This document shows positions 1 to 11,744 of a DNA stretch of 64,000 nucleotides, piece by piece; position 1 is the first letter of the stretch, and each line of letters opens with the position of its first letter. Origin of the DNA: Eledone cirrhosa (lineage: Eukaryota); NCBI GenBank assembly GCA_964016885.1, contig OZ024742.1:190030001-190094000 (forward strand), written 5' to 3'. The notes beneath the pieces were generated by a model. It saw only the letters and a program-made list of their open reading frames with translations. It had not been told where the DNA came from and ran no database searches. The position numbers were made by a program, and so were the translations under genes.

Positions 1-171
1 TAGATTTCCAAGCTGTAGCATCAATTCTTCATAGTCAACTTGTGAATTTTTCAGCCGACACTCGTATATCGTTGATTCCTGATCTAGATCGACCATTTTG
101 ATACTAAACTGTCTAAAACTGCCGCTGATCTTACGATACTAAGCTGTTGATTTTAAAATATTTACATTTAA

Positions 172-830
172 CTAAAAAATTATTCTGAGTTCGCAGTATC
201 GGTAGAGGGTCTGACATGCTAAAAAAATATTCTAAGTTGGCAGTATCGGTAGAGGGTCTGACATGCTAAAAAAATATTCTAAGTTGGCAGTATCGGTAGA
301 GGGTCTGACATGCTAAAAAAATATTCTAAGTTGGCAGTATCGGTAGAGGGTCTGACATGCTAATAAAATATTCTAAGTTGGCAGTATCGGTAGAGGGTCT
401 GACATGCTAAAAAAATATTCTAAGTTGGCAGTATCGGTAGAGGGTCTGACATGCTAATAAAATATTCTAAGTTGGCAGGATCGGTAGAGGGTCTGACATG
501 CTAAAAAAGTATTCTAAGTTGGCAGTATCGGTAGAGGGTCTGACATGCTAATAAAATATTCTAAGTTGGCAGGATCGGTAGAGGGTCTGACATGCTAAAA
601 AAATATTCTAAGTTGGCAGTATCGGTAGAGGGTCTGACATGCTAAAAAAATATTCTAAGTTGGCAGTATCGGTAGAGGGTCTGACATGCTAAAAAAATAT
701 TCTAAGTTGGCAGTATCGGTAGAGGGTCTGACATGCTAAAAAAATATTCTAAGTTGGCAGTATCGGTAGAGGGTCTGACATGCTAAAAAAATATTCTAAG
801 TTGGCAGTATCGGTAGAGGGTCTGACATGC
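172..830 (+). repeat. Tandem array, ~14 x 47 bp, made of a SINE 5' head plus flank
   Basis: Unit GCTAAAAAAATATTCTAAGTTGGCAGTATCGGTAGAGGGTCTGACAT (period 218->265); the last unit runs into a full SINE body. Confidence 0.95.
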
Positions 831-980
831 TTTCCAGCATAGCCACGTCCCTTTACAATCTGAGTTCAAATCCCGCCGAGGTTAACTTTGCCTTTCATCC
901 TTACGGAGTCGATAAAATAAAGTACCAGTAATGTACTGGGATAATTGCTGGCGTTGTGCCAAAAGAAGAAAACAATTATT
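801..980 (+). mobile_element. tRNA-derived SINE (main family in this window)
   Basis: A-box TGGCAGTATCGG, B-box GTTCAAATCC, central GCCTTTCATCCTTACGG.GTCGATAAAATAAAGTACCAG, and an ACAATTATT tail. Confidence 0.9.
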
Positions 981-1004
981 ATTTTAAGTTATAAGGTCGG
1001 TGGA

Positions 1005-1445
1005 TTGGCAGTATTGGTAGAGAGTCGGACACAATGCTTTACAGCAGAGTTACGTCCCTTTACGGTCTGAGTTCAAATCCTGCCGAGGTTAACTTTGCCT
1101 TTCATCCTTACGGGGTCGATAAAATCAAGCACCAGTAACGTAATGGGGTCAATTTAATCGACTTTCCCCTTCCCCCAAATTACTGGCCTTGTGCATATAC
1201 TAGAAATCATTATAATTCTAAGCACAAGGTCAATAATTTTGGGTGAAGGGAAAGTCGATTACATCGACCCAGTACGTGACTGGTACTTTATTTTATCGAC
1301 CCCAAAAAGATGAAAGGTAAAGCTAGCCGTGACACGATTTGAACTCAGAATGTAAAGGGACGTAATTTTAAGTAGGTTGTCCGACGCTCTTATTATATTT
1401 GTTTCTACTTTAGGCACAAGGCCAGCACTTACCCAGTTCATTACT
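1005..1445. mobile_element. Tail-to-tail SINE pair (+ 1005-1213, - 1215-1390) plus a tail fragment
   Basis: Same SINE motifs present in both orientations. Confidence 0.85.
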
Positions 1446-1497
1446 TGCTAATCCATCAGAATGGTAGTTGCATTATTAAATCCCTCCAGAGCAGCGG

Positions 1498-1710
1498 ATT
1501 GGTAGTATTGGTAGAGCGTCGGACAAGATGCTTCGCAGCATAGAGTTACGAGCCTTTACTTTCTGAGATCAAATCCTGCCGAGGTTAGCTTTGCCTTTAA
1601 TCCTTACGGGGTCGATAAAATAAAGCACCAATAATACACTGGGGTTGATTTAATCGACCCCCCCCCCCTCCCTCAAATTTCTGGCCTTGTGCCTAAAGTA
1701 GAAACAATTA
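1498..1710 (+). mobile_element. SINE copy
   Basis: A/B boxes, central domain and tail are all present. Confidence 0.85.
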
Positions 1711-2378
1711 AACTCCTCCAAAATATTCGTTTTAAATTTTATTTGAAACACAGACAGTGAGGTTCCTAGCAATAATCCATCGTATTTATTATATATGTTT
1801 ATATTTGTGTTTATATTTTCATTCTGTAAGAATTATAAACAATTTGTAATGTTATTTATTTAATAAAAATTATTGTAAACAGTGTATTTCATTTGAAATA
1901 TGGTGATGAAAGCATTTAGAAGTTTACGTTTATGTAACAACTTTGCATAATGAAAATCTTGATAATGAGAAAATTAGTTATATCATTAAATTTTTCTAAA
2001 TACTTGATTATTTTCAAAATGATTTGAAAATCAAATGCATTGTATTTCATTAGAAATATGGCAACCACTGGATTAAACTCACCATGTCTGATTTAGAGAT
2101 GCAAACTGATATGAGGTGTAAAACTCCTCAGATATGAAATATTTCCATACCTAGAGCCTCCTGTATATTACAGCAGCTTGTACCCCAATACTTCTGAAAT
2201 ATTACCCCACCATTAGAAATGAAAGACTTGATTTTGTATGTTTGTTTTATTATAAATACAGTTAATTATTGGTAGGAACCTCGCAAATGTAATGCATAAG
2301 AATGTATGATCAAAGCGAGAGGAAAAGAAAAGGAAGGTAGAAAAAAACAAACAAAAACAACCACTAATTCACCACCAA

Positions 2379-2512
2379 GTGCGACATCGGTCGCACACTA
2401 CACTACATGGGTGAACGGAAATTTTTTAGGCAAGCCAATACGCTCGCAGCATTATCGCGGGTGATGGCGAGGCTAAGGCTGTGAAACCGGGCACACTCAC
2501 GGGCATCACCTG
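2379..2512 (-). mobile_element. 3' end of a CRE-like RLE non-LTR retrotransposon
   Basis: Minus strand translates GDARECARFHSLSLAITRDNAASVLACL..., similar to the C-terminus of the element at 4250-5120, followed by the hairpin GTGCGACCGATGTCGCAC. Confidence 0.6.
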
Positions 2513-2617
2513 TTTTATTAATTCACTTTTTTTTTTAAATTAGGTACTTTATTTTTGAATGTGCATATACTATTATATTGATTTAAAGTTGGGTCCTTTA
2601 TTTCTAAACTAACTAAA

Positions 2618-3207
2618 TAATTGTTTCTACTTTTGGCACAAGGCCAGCAATTATCCAGTGCATTACTGGTACTTTATTTTATCGATCCTATAAGGATGAA
2701 AGGCAAAGTTAATTAAATGATAATTGTTTCTACTTTTGGCACAAGGCCAGCAATTATCCAGTGCATTACTGGTACTTTATTTTATCGATCCTATAAGGAT
2801 GAAAGGCAAAGTTAATTAAATGATAATTGTTTCTACTTTTGGCACAAGGCCAGCAATTATCCAGTGCATTACTGGTACTTTATTTTATCGATCCTATAAG
2901 GATGAAAGGCAAAGTTAATTAAATGATAATTGTTTCTACTTTTGGCACAAGGCCAGCAATTATCCCAGTGCATTACTGGTACTTTATTTTATCGATCCTA
3001 TAAGGATGAAAGGCAAAGTTAATTAAATGATAATTGTTTCTACTTTTGGCACAAGGCCAGCAATTATCCCAGTGTATTACTGGTACTTTATTTTATTGAC
3101 CCCGTAAGGATGAAAGGCAAAGTGAACCTCGGCGGGATTTGAACTCAGACCATAAAGGGCTGTAACTCTTTGCTGCAAAGCATGGCGTCCGACACTCTAC
3201 CGATACT
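2618..3207 (-). repeat. SINE with its 3' half tandemly repeated (4 x 103-104 bp plus one full copy)
   Basis: TTGTTTCTACTTTTGGCACAAGG recurs at 2621, 2724, 2827, 2930 and 3034. Confidence 0.93.
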
Positions 3208-3272
3208 ATAATGCCAGTGGCCTAGCAGATAAAACCCTTACTATCGATAGTTTAAGCAGATATAGATTTATA

Positions 3273-3570
3273 TACTCTCGGGTCTCGTAGAAACGTCCCC
3301 CCACCCCACTTATTAATTTTTCAGATTTTTTCCAACCCCTCCCACTTTTGCTACTCTATCTCTGGCGAAATTTCATTTTAAGTGGTAGCATTCCTGCGAT
3401 ATTTAATTTTCGTTATACATTAAAAACACATTGTGTATGACAAAAAGAGAACTTTGCTAGAAATCCCATACATTATAAAATAAGTAGGATGTTTTTTTTT
3501 TTAAATCAACGGCGACAACCTAGAAAAATTACCGATTTCCCGCCCTTCTATTATTTGGGACCTGAGAGTA
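3273..3570. mobile_element. MITE with TA-flanked TIRs (Tc1/mariner/pogo-type); related copies at ~6440-6779 and ~52239-52624
   Basis: Ends TACTCTCGGGTC / GACCTGAGAGTA; internal TTTAAGTGGTAGCATTCCTGC is shared by all three copies. Confidence 0.7.
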
Positions 3571-4249
3571 CACAGATTGTTGAAATTATATAGATTTGAA
3601 CAAAACAAATATTTCGACAACAATTTGGCACCTCTGGATTCTTGTCCAAAGTTACGTGAAAGAATTTGTTTGACCCAACCTAATACAAAACAAACTTAAT
3701 CCATTTTGTTATTCTATTTTAACGATTCCTAACATTTGACTTGTAAAGGTGTATTTCACGTTGGTTTGAATACAAATCAAATGAGTTGCTTCCCCTTATA
3801 TTTCTTTCGTAGCTAAAATGTTTGTGACATGGAAAGAAAGGAACAACAATGTTTTCCTTACAACTAGCTACACCAAGTAAAAGTGCAAGGCACAGTGGTT
3901 AGTGTATTGTAGTCACAAAGGTTGTGAGTTCGATATTCAGGTGAAGGGTTGGGTGCTTGGTAGAACCTGATTAAGAACTTTCTGGGCTCTAAATACTGAA
4001 AAGATTATGGTACACGCATATATAGTTTAAGTAAAAAAAAAAAAATACTGTACAGGAAATTAAAAAGTAACAGGGGCTCCAAAGCACGTAGTTATTTTGT
4101 TTAATCGTTAATCTGTGGTTGGTCTGTGCGTAAAGAACTTCATATGTTGTTCCGAACAAAACAATACATTCAACGTAAGAGTGTTAATAAAAGGGGAAGC
4201 AACTCGTCGGCTTTTCCCGTTTGATATTTTACCGAATATTTTACAGAAC

Positions 4250-5120
4250 CCGCTGTGTTCAGAGAACGTGAGACCGCCTGTGAGACGTGGGACCGTCTGG
4301 GACTTAGCCCAGTAGACGTTCCTCCTCCTTATCCCCCTGTTGACATCAAGTCCCCCAACGCACTTGGGATGCCATCCAGTGCAGCCAGGCTCACGCGCCA
4401 GCTCATCCAGCACTGCCTTGCTTGTTTTCGTGCGGCCTCCAAACCCCACAGTGGTGCCTGGCTCCATGCTCTGCCCTCCTTCTCCACAGGCACGCAGCTA
4501 GACAACCATAGCTTGCGATCGGCTTTCCTGAGGCTCGGCCTCCGGATCTGCCAGCCACACCAATGTCGCTGCAGTTCCACTGTGGACACTTTCGGCCTCC
4601 ATCCGCTTTCCTGTCGCCACAGTGCCGGCCGAATTCCACGAGGTCATTAAGCATGGCTTGGACGCTGCAGGCTTCCCTTCCCAGCTCGAGCCGGTGGGGC
4701 TGGATCGAGGGGATGGTAAAAGGCCAGATGGCATGACCATCTTCCCGTTCCGCGGTGGCAAACCCCTCGTCTGGTATGCCACTTGCACCGACACTTTCTG
4801 CATCCGCAACCTGGTGCAGTCTGCGACTGACCCAGGTTCTGCTGCACGTCGGGCTGAGGGGGCCAAACTCCTCAAATACCGGTCGCTCTCCGACAGGTTT
4901 GCGGTGCGTTCCCCTGGCAGTGGAAACTTCCGGTGTCCTAGGCCCCAGGGCTACCTCCTTACTCACCACCATTGGCGCTGAGCTGGCCAGCCGTAGGTGT
5001 GAGCCCCGCGAGTTGGAGTGGCTTTTCCAGCGCGTCTCTCTTGCCGTCCTCCGGGGAAACGCTTTCTCCATTCTGTCCGCCGGGGCTGTGGGTGGGCCCC
5101 ATCGCGTACCATTACATTAG
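4250..5120 (+). mobile_element. 5'-truncated, frameshifted CRE-like non-LTR retrotransposon (Zn finger plus restriction-like endonuclease region)
   Basis: GC-rich island. Three overlapping frames give [33 protein letters not shown] / LEPVGLDRGDGKRPDGMT..GKPLVW.ATCTDT / PLAVETSG..WLFQRVSLAVLRGNA. Confidence 0.85.
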
Positions 5121-5324
5121 TTAAATACCATTCTTTCACACTGCTACACTTAAACGGAATGTAAATGGTACAAATAGATAAGAACTTTTTCTAAACAACG
5201 ACATTTTTATTTTGTTATTTGTTATACATAAACAAATATCAACTATATTTTCAAAGGGAAGTTATACAATGATGGAAATAGGAAAAGAAAAATTAAACAC
5301 AAAATTAAGTAATGAAATAAAAGT

Positions 5325-5573
5325 GGGGAAGAGTTAATGAAGGACAGATCTGGGTGTATAGAAAAGTAGGGGAAAGGACTATAAATACCCAAACTTCCGA
5401 GCCAGTGTTGATCAGGTTGTGATTTGCTTCCTAGCAGCAGTCAACCCCTTTTATCCAAATCCACCTGGTTGTTTTCTCTGCGAACGAAGCAAGAGACGAA
5501 TGGCTCTTCCCGTCTCTATTCCTGTAAAGCCCAATTGGCTGAAACCTTGCTGGGTGAGCGCCCCGCAAAACGT
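5325..5573 (-). mobile_element. 3' end of a HERO/NeSL-like RLE retrotransposon
   Basis: With two frameshifts it reads FAGRSPSKVFSQLGFTGIETGRAIRLL..FAEKTTRWIWIK, resembling the HERO-type C-terminus (GFA..SL...LG.TG...AI....AE..SRWLW.KR). Confidence 0.6.
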
Positions 5574-5587
5574 TTACATATAATAAT

Positions 5588-5733
5588 ATAATTGTTTCTA
5601 CTTTTGGCACAAGGCCAGCAATTACCCAGTGCACTACTGGTACTTTATTTTATCAACCCCGTAAGGATGAAAGGCAAAGTCAACCTCGGCGGGATTTGAA
5701 CTCAGATCGTAAAGGGACGTAACTATGCTGGAA
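5588..5733 (-). mobile_element. SINE copy
   Basis: Reverse complement of the SINE body. Confidence 0.9.
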
Positions 5734-5744
5734 AGATGATTCTT

Positions 5745-6120
5745 CTTCACCTACATATTCCAGCGAGTCCTGTCAGAAGCAACCGTCGTCATCTGATCCA
5801 ACAGGAACCCCACGAGACCAGCCAAGCTCATGGTTGTTATCCAATCATCATGCTCGGGGGGTCTACAACTGGATCTCCTGCCAGTTGATCTTGCTTACAA
5901 AATCTGTCCAGCGATTCTTTCCTCATATTTAAACCACATGCCCATAGTATCGGAGAAGTAGCAACTCTACCTGGAGCGATTTTCTGATCTCCGAGCTACG
6001 CGCTCTATCGAGTAACGTTACTCCAAAGACGCTTCGGACGAATCCCGTTTCGGCCACTTGTATTCGCGATCGTATTCTTTCGGTCGTTATTCATGACAAT
6101 GGGTAAGTGTTGGCACGACT
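5745..6120 (-). mobile_element. RTE-clade (Rex3/Expander-like) LINE 3' fragment; same family at ~16205-16700, ~28620-29200, 36060-37580 and ~55555-55670
   Basis: Shared motifs GCTCATGGATGTTATCCA, CTCTACCTGGAG.GA and GGCCACTTGTATTC. Confidence 0.7.
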
Positions 6121-6827
6121 AGCAAACTGAAGATAATTCCTAAAATATATACATCGCAAAAAAAAAAAAAAAAATAAAGTAGCAAGTAAAAATAACTATA
6201 ATTTCTTGCATACAAATTTCGTAGGCTTGGATAGTTCAAGCAATCGCGAACAACGTTATAAAGTAAAGTAGCCCAAATAGCTGTAACTGCGAGATAGAAT
6301 TTGATATATTGTAAATTAATTGGAAATTGCTTTTGAAAAATGGCAAACAGGGGAGACAACTGTACCATTATCTTTTTTCAACAATTCGTTTTGCTACTGT
6401 TCTTTAGCTATTGCTGACATTTACATTTACTTTGGGGTTTCGAATAATTGTCACCACCCCAAATTAATCATTTTTAAGACCTCTCTTTGTCTCTTACCCC
6501 CCCCCCCCCCCACTACTGCTTATTAAATTTTGCTGAATTATCTCCGGTGAAATTTTATTTTAAGTGGTAGCATTCCTGCGACAATTTTCGTTATACATTA
6601 AAAGAAATATTATGTATGACAAAAAAGTACATTATTAGAAATCCCATACGTTATAAAATATACAGGATCGGTAGGGGTTTTAATATGTAAACTAAACGAC
6701 TAGTTCCGGCTTAAAAAAACAATGGAGACAACTTAGAAAAATTACCGATTCCACCCCTGTTATTTGAGACCCGAGAGTAAAAGTCCTTTTATTATTTTAT
6801 TTTCGTGTTATAAAAAAAAAATATTTC

Positions 6828-6985
6828 ATTTCACGTTGCTCCTGTATACCCAACTGAAAATGAAAATGAGTATCAGTAATAGCTGGGGGATTTAACCCTG
6901 TGATGGACTGACATCCTGTCCGGGGGGGGGGCATGAAGTCTCAGTAGCTTAACGCCATGAAACCGGGATAAACATCAACCTGACT
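6828..6985 (+). mobile_element. Fragment of a second SINE family (another copy at ~47210-47370)
   Basis: Shared CCCT.TGATGGACTG.CATC.TGT ... GCTTAA.GCC.ATGAAACC..GATAAAC. Confidence 0.55.
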
Positions 6986-7130
6986 TTTGAGAGACTTTGG
7001 AATAGACAAATAGATCATGATTGTGTGAAAGAAAATAACTTAAATGTGAGGAAATAAGAAAGCTAAGACAGTATATTAAAAAAACAAGCTCGACAAAAAT
7101 GTGTACAAATTATTTTTTTTGTATTTAGAC

Positions 7131-7293
7131 CAGGTATGTGAAACTGAGCATCCCTCGAGGGCTACACTCGACAACTAATTGCACGCATTACAACTAATTA
7201 TACGAAGATAAAACATGCTCGCGTGGTAAAAACTTTTGTGCGGGCCGCAGGTGTGCTTGTAAAGGGCCGCGAGCCACATGTTTGACATGACTG
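7131..7293. mobile_element. hAT-type MITE with 8-bp TSD
   Basis: CAG...CTG imperfect TIRs; TSD ATTTAGAC at 7123-7130 and 7294-7301; internal GGGCCGC repeats. Confidence 0.85.
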
Positions 7294-8239
7294 ATTTAGA
7301 CTACACATGGTCACCTTAACATTACTATGTAGAAATACACAATAACTCGAATATTTTTTACAATACAAAAAAAAAAAAAAAAAATTTAAATGAAGAAGGG
7401 ATTTTAAGTCGCATACAGTCATACTTTTGTACGTAGAGAGAAGTCTTTTGTAGTTAACCGTATATATTTACTACTGGGATGATGTAATTGATCTTCCCCT
7501 CCAAATTGATGACCTGTGCTTAAATTATAAACCATTATATTACTCCAATATAATTTCAGTGATATATAGGTATAGGTTTAATATATGTAAACCTTATGAT
7601 CAGGCTTAAACCACGTGTGTTGTAGATATAAGAATATCAACAAACATTTAATGTGGTGTGCAGGGATTTTAAGTCCCGAAATATTAGGACGAAAAAAGAA
7701 AACAGGTAAACCTTTTCTTTGTCTTCATTTTACCGTCCATTTCGCAATGTCTTAGCCTTCTTAAACATCATTTTCTACATTATATATAATAAATCAATTC
7801 AGTTGTCATCGTTACGTCGCTTTACGGTCTGAGTTCAAATCCCGCCGAGGTTAACTTTGCCTTTCATCCTTACGGGGTCGATAAAATAAAGTACCAGTAA
7901 CGTACTGGGTAATTGCTGGCCTTGTGCCAAAAGTAGAAACAATTATTTAACGTCTATTTTCCACGCTAGCATGGATTAGACGGGTTTGTCCCTCTCGAGG
8001 CAAGTTGGGTCGGGTGACCGTGTCTTGCTCATATAGGACAGTGTTTTGATAGATTTCTACGGCTGGATGCCTTTCCTAACACCAACCACATTTACAGTAT
8101 GTGCTGGGTAATTTTTGCCGCGTCTCCTACACGACCACTTTACAGTGTACACTGGGTGGCTTTTATCATGGCACCTACATAACATTACAAATATTGATGG
8201 AAATATGAAAGAAAAAGAAAAAGAGGATGCAACAGCGAA

Positions 8240-8512
8240 CATAAGGGAAGGGGTAAAGAAGGGCAGATCTGACTTTATAGGAAAGTAAGAGACAAGGCTA
8301 TAAATGCCAAAAAATGAGAGGAAAAGGTGGCCACAGAAGAAAGAGTGAGGGAAAGGTGATAGGCTCTATGCCTAGAGCGGAGAGGTGTTTGGGCTGCGCC
8401 CTGCGGATGAGACTGCAAAGGCATTTAAACGTACAATTGGCCAGCGACACCCGCTGCAACAGCCACCCCACCTTGCGGGGTTCCTTCCTCAGGCGATGCT
8501 CAATGCTTCAAG
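8240..8512 (-). mobile_element. CRE-like retrotransposon 3' end plus tail (duplicated at ~10495-10770, +)
   Basis: Reads EHRLRKEPRKVGWLLQRVSLA then, after a frameshift, IVRLNAFAVSSAG; homologous to EPRELEWLFQRVSLAVLRGNAFSILSAG at ~5000-5085. Confidence 0.7.
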
Positions 8513-9109
8513 CAAACTACAAAATTATATTTTAAAAATAATTTACTATATGTCTTTGTTTTGCTGCGAGTTCTAATGAATGTTAGTTAAATGATAAATA
8601 CCTGATAAATGTCTAATTCTTTTGTTTTAAATGAAGACTCAAAACGTGTCTTGAGTGAGTTGTTAGCTTGGCTGATTAACTTATATACAGGATGAATTTT
8701 AAAGATTTTTCGAAGAGTTGAAATTTTCATTGAGCTTATTACATGCTGTCACATGACCGAACATTTCTACATTTTCTGGAAAAAAACCAAAGTGGGGTTG
8801 GACATATAATTTTGATTTGGGAGATGAAGGCGTCAATCAGGATATCAGAAAAGATTGCATGGGTCAGGAAATGACAATGGAAGGCGTCAATCAGGATTAC
8901 AGATGTTCAATAGGCCAGGCGAATCTACTTCCTTAATATGTCCAAAGGTAGGGTGAGTCTATTCTTCAAATATCAATTCTCGGGACTGGTGTCTTACAAG
9001 TTACAATTTACAAGTTACGCTCATGGCTGATTCGCAGGTGTTTTGCGTAACAATTAATCGAAGGGAGATAACTATAGAATTATTTCAAGTGAAATTTTCA
9101 TTCACATGT

Positions 9110-9816
9110 CATCATCATCATCACCGTTTTACGTCCGTTCTTCCATGCTAGCATGGGTTAGACGGGTTGTCCTGTTGTGGGCAGTGTCTGGTCGGCTGAC
9201 CATGCCTTGCTCATACAGGAACTGATTTGGCTTGATTTCTACAGCTGGATGACCTTCCTAAGACCAACCTCATTTACAGTGAGTGCTGGGTGCTTTTTTC
9301 CGTGGCGCCTACACGTCCACTTTACAGTGTGGGCTGGGTGCTTTTTTGCCGTGGCACCTCCACGACCACTTTGCAGTGGGAGGGTGTGGGGGCATATTGT
9401 CTATATGCTTCAGCTTGTACCCATGGGAGGTTGGGTACTCTGTATTACTGAGTGACGTCAGAGGTCACGGTCGTGTCATCGCCTTTGAGAGGTGCAACTG
9501 GGTAAGGTTGGCCCCTATCACCTCATCCCAGGTCTTCTTGGGTCTCCCCACTCCGCGGTTTCCATCGACTTCTACTGCTCTGCACTTTGTTATGCAGCTG
9601 TCATCCTTCCTACGCATCACATGTCCAAACCAACGCAACCACCTCTCCTGCACACAGCATTTGATTCCTCTTATGCTCAGTCTCTCTCTCAATTCATTTA
9701 TGCTTTGCCGTTCGCGTATATTACTATTACACATCCATCGGAGCATGCAGGCTTCGTTTCTATCTAATCTACGTAAGTCTTCCACCTTCAGCGCCCAGGT
9801 CTCACTACCATGTAAC
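9110..9816 (-). mobile_element. RTE-clade LINE 3' end with (GAT)n tail
   Basis: ORF 9465..9854 LHGSETW..RLDRNE..MLRWMC..RLRWFGHVMR..GRPKKTW, followed by a CCCATGCTAGCATGGAA..GACGT..GATGATG tail. Confidence 0.9.
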
Positions 9817-11486
9817 ACATTATATATTTGTATTTTGTGTTCATAATTTGACATTAATAATATACTGGTTGCATGCCATTACTATCAGCAGCATTATATA
9901 TAGAATATTTTAAAATATTAATCAAGACAGCATGCAAGGAGTTTCCCCATTAATAAATCATCATCATTTGTTTACGTCTGTTTTTCCACGCATGTATGGG
10001 TTGAACGGGTCCTTCTCAACACAGCATCTCCCCATCTGCTGTGTTTCGTCTCAGGGATTTAAGGTCAGTTCTCACCACCTCTGCCCAGGTCTTTCTGGGT
10101 CTCCCTCTACTGCGGCTTCCTTCCATTGTCATTTCCTGACCCATGCAATCTTCTCTGATATCCTGATTGATGCCTTCATATCCCAAATCAAAATTATATT
10201 TCCAACCCCACTTTGGTTTTTTTCTAGAAAATGTAGAAATGTTCGATCATGTGACAGCATGTAATAAGCTCAATGAAAATTTCAACTCTTCGAAAAATCT
10301 TTAAAATTCATCCTGTATATAAGTTAGTCAGCCAAGCTAACAACTCACTCAAGACACGTTTTGAGTCTTCATTTAAAACAAAAGAATTAGACATTTAGCA
10401 GGTATTTATCATTTAACTAACATTCATTAGAACTCACAGCAAAACAAAGAGACATAGTAAATTATTTTAAAATTATAATTTTGTAGTTTTCTTGAAGCAT
10501 TGAGCATCGCCTGAGGAAGGAACCCCGCAAGGCGGGGTGGCTGTTGCAGCGGGTGTCGCTGGCCAATTGTACGTTTAAATGCCTTTGCAGTCTCATCCGC
10601 AGGGCACAGCCCAAACACCTCTCTGCTCTAGGCATAGAGCCTATCACCTTTCCCTCACTCTTTCTTCTGTGGCCTCATAGTCCCCCATTTTCCTCTCATT
10701 TTTTGGCATTTATAGCCTTGTCTCTTACTTTCCTATAAAGTCAGATCTGCCCTTCTTTACCCCTTCCCTGATGTTCGGTGTATTTTTTTTGTATCCCTTT
10801 TCTTTTTCATTCATATTTCCATCAATATTTGATATGTTATGTAGGTGCCATGACAAAAACCACCCAGTGTACACTGTAAAGTGGTCGTGTAGGAGACACG
10901 GCAAAAATTACCCAGCACATACTGTAAATGTGGTTGGTGTTAGGAAAGGCATCCAGCCGTAGAAATCTATCAAAACACTGTCCTATATGAGCAAGACACG
11001 GTCACCCGACCCAACTTGCCTCGAGTGGGACAAACCCGTCTCACCCATGCTAGCGTGGAAAATAGACGTTAAATGATAATTGTTTCTACTTTTGGCACAA
11101 GGCCAGCAATTATCCAATACATTACTGGTACTTTATTTTATCGACCCCGTAAGGATGAAAGGCAAAGTTAACCTCGGCGGGATTTGAACTCAGACCGTAA
11201 AGGGACGTAACATGATGACAACTGTGAATTGATTTATTATATATAATGTAGAAAATGATGTTTAAGAAGGCTAAGACATTGCGAAATGGACGGTAAAATG
11301 AAGACAAAGAAAAAGTTTACCTATTTTCTTTTTTCGTCCTAATATTTCGGGACTTAGAATCCCTGCACACCACTTTAAATGTTTGTTAATATTCTTATAT
11401 CTACAACACACGTGGTTTAAGCCTGATCATAAGGTTTACATATATTATACCTATATATCACTGAAATTATATTAGAGTAATATAAT

Positions 11487-11650
11487 TGTTTCTACTTTAG
11501 GCACAAGGCCAGCAATTACTGGTACTTTATTTTATCGACCCCGTAAGGATGAAAGGCAAAATCAACCTCGGCGGGATTTGAACTCAGATCGTAAAGGGAC
11601 GTAACTATGCTGGAAAGCATGGCGTCCGACCCTCTACCGATACTGCCAAT
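11487..11650 (-). mobile_element. Full SINE insertion with 9-bp TSD TAATATAAT
   Basis: TSDs at 11478-11486 and 11651-11659; the paralogous site in arm A (~7533-7542) is empty. Confidence 0.92.
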
Positions 11651-11744
11651 TAATATAATGGTTTATAATTTAAGCACAGGTCATCAATTTGGAGGGGAAG
11701 ATCAATTACATCACCCCAGTACTAAATATATACGGTTAACTACA

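Noticed and set aside
172-830. CRISPR-like array (also considered for 2618-3130 and 37727-44490)
   Set aside because: The units are contiguous with no unique spacers, there are no cas genes, and the context is eukaryotic with spliceosomal introns.
801-880. tRNA gene (A and B boxes)
   Set aside because: No cloverleaf; the boxes continue into a SINE body repeated more than 15 times in the window.
4403-5071. 222-aa minus-strand ORF
   Set aside because: Antisense shadow of the GC-rich CRE-like retrotransposon encoded on the plus strand.
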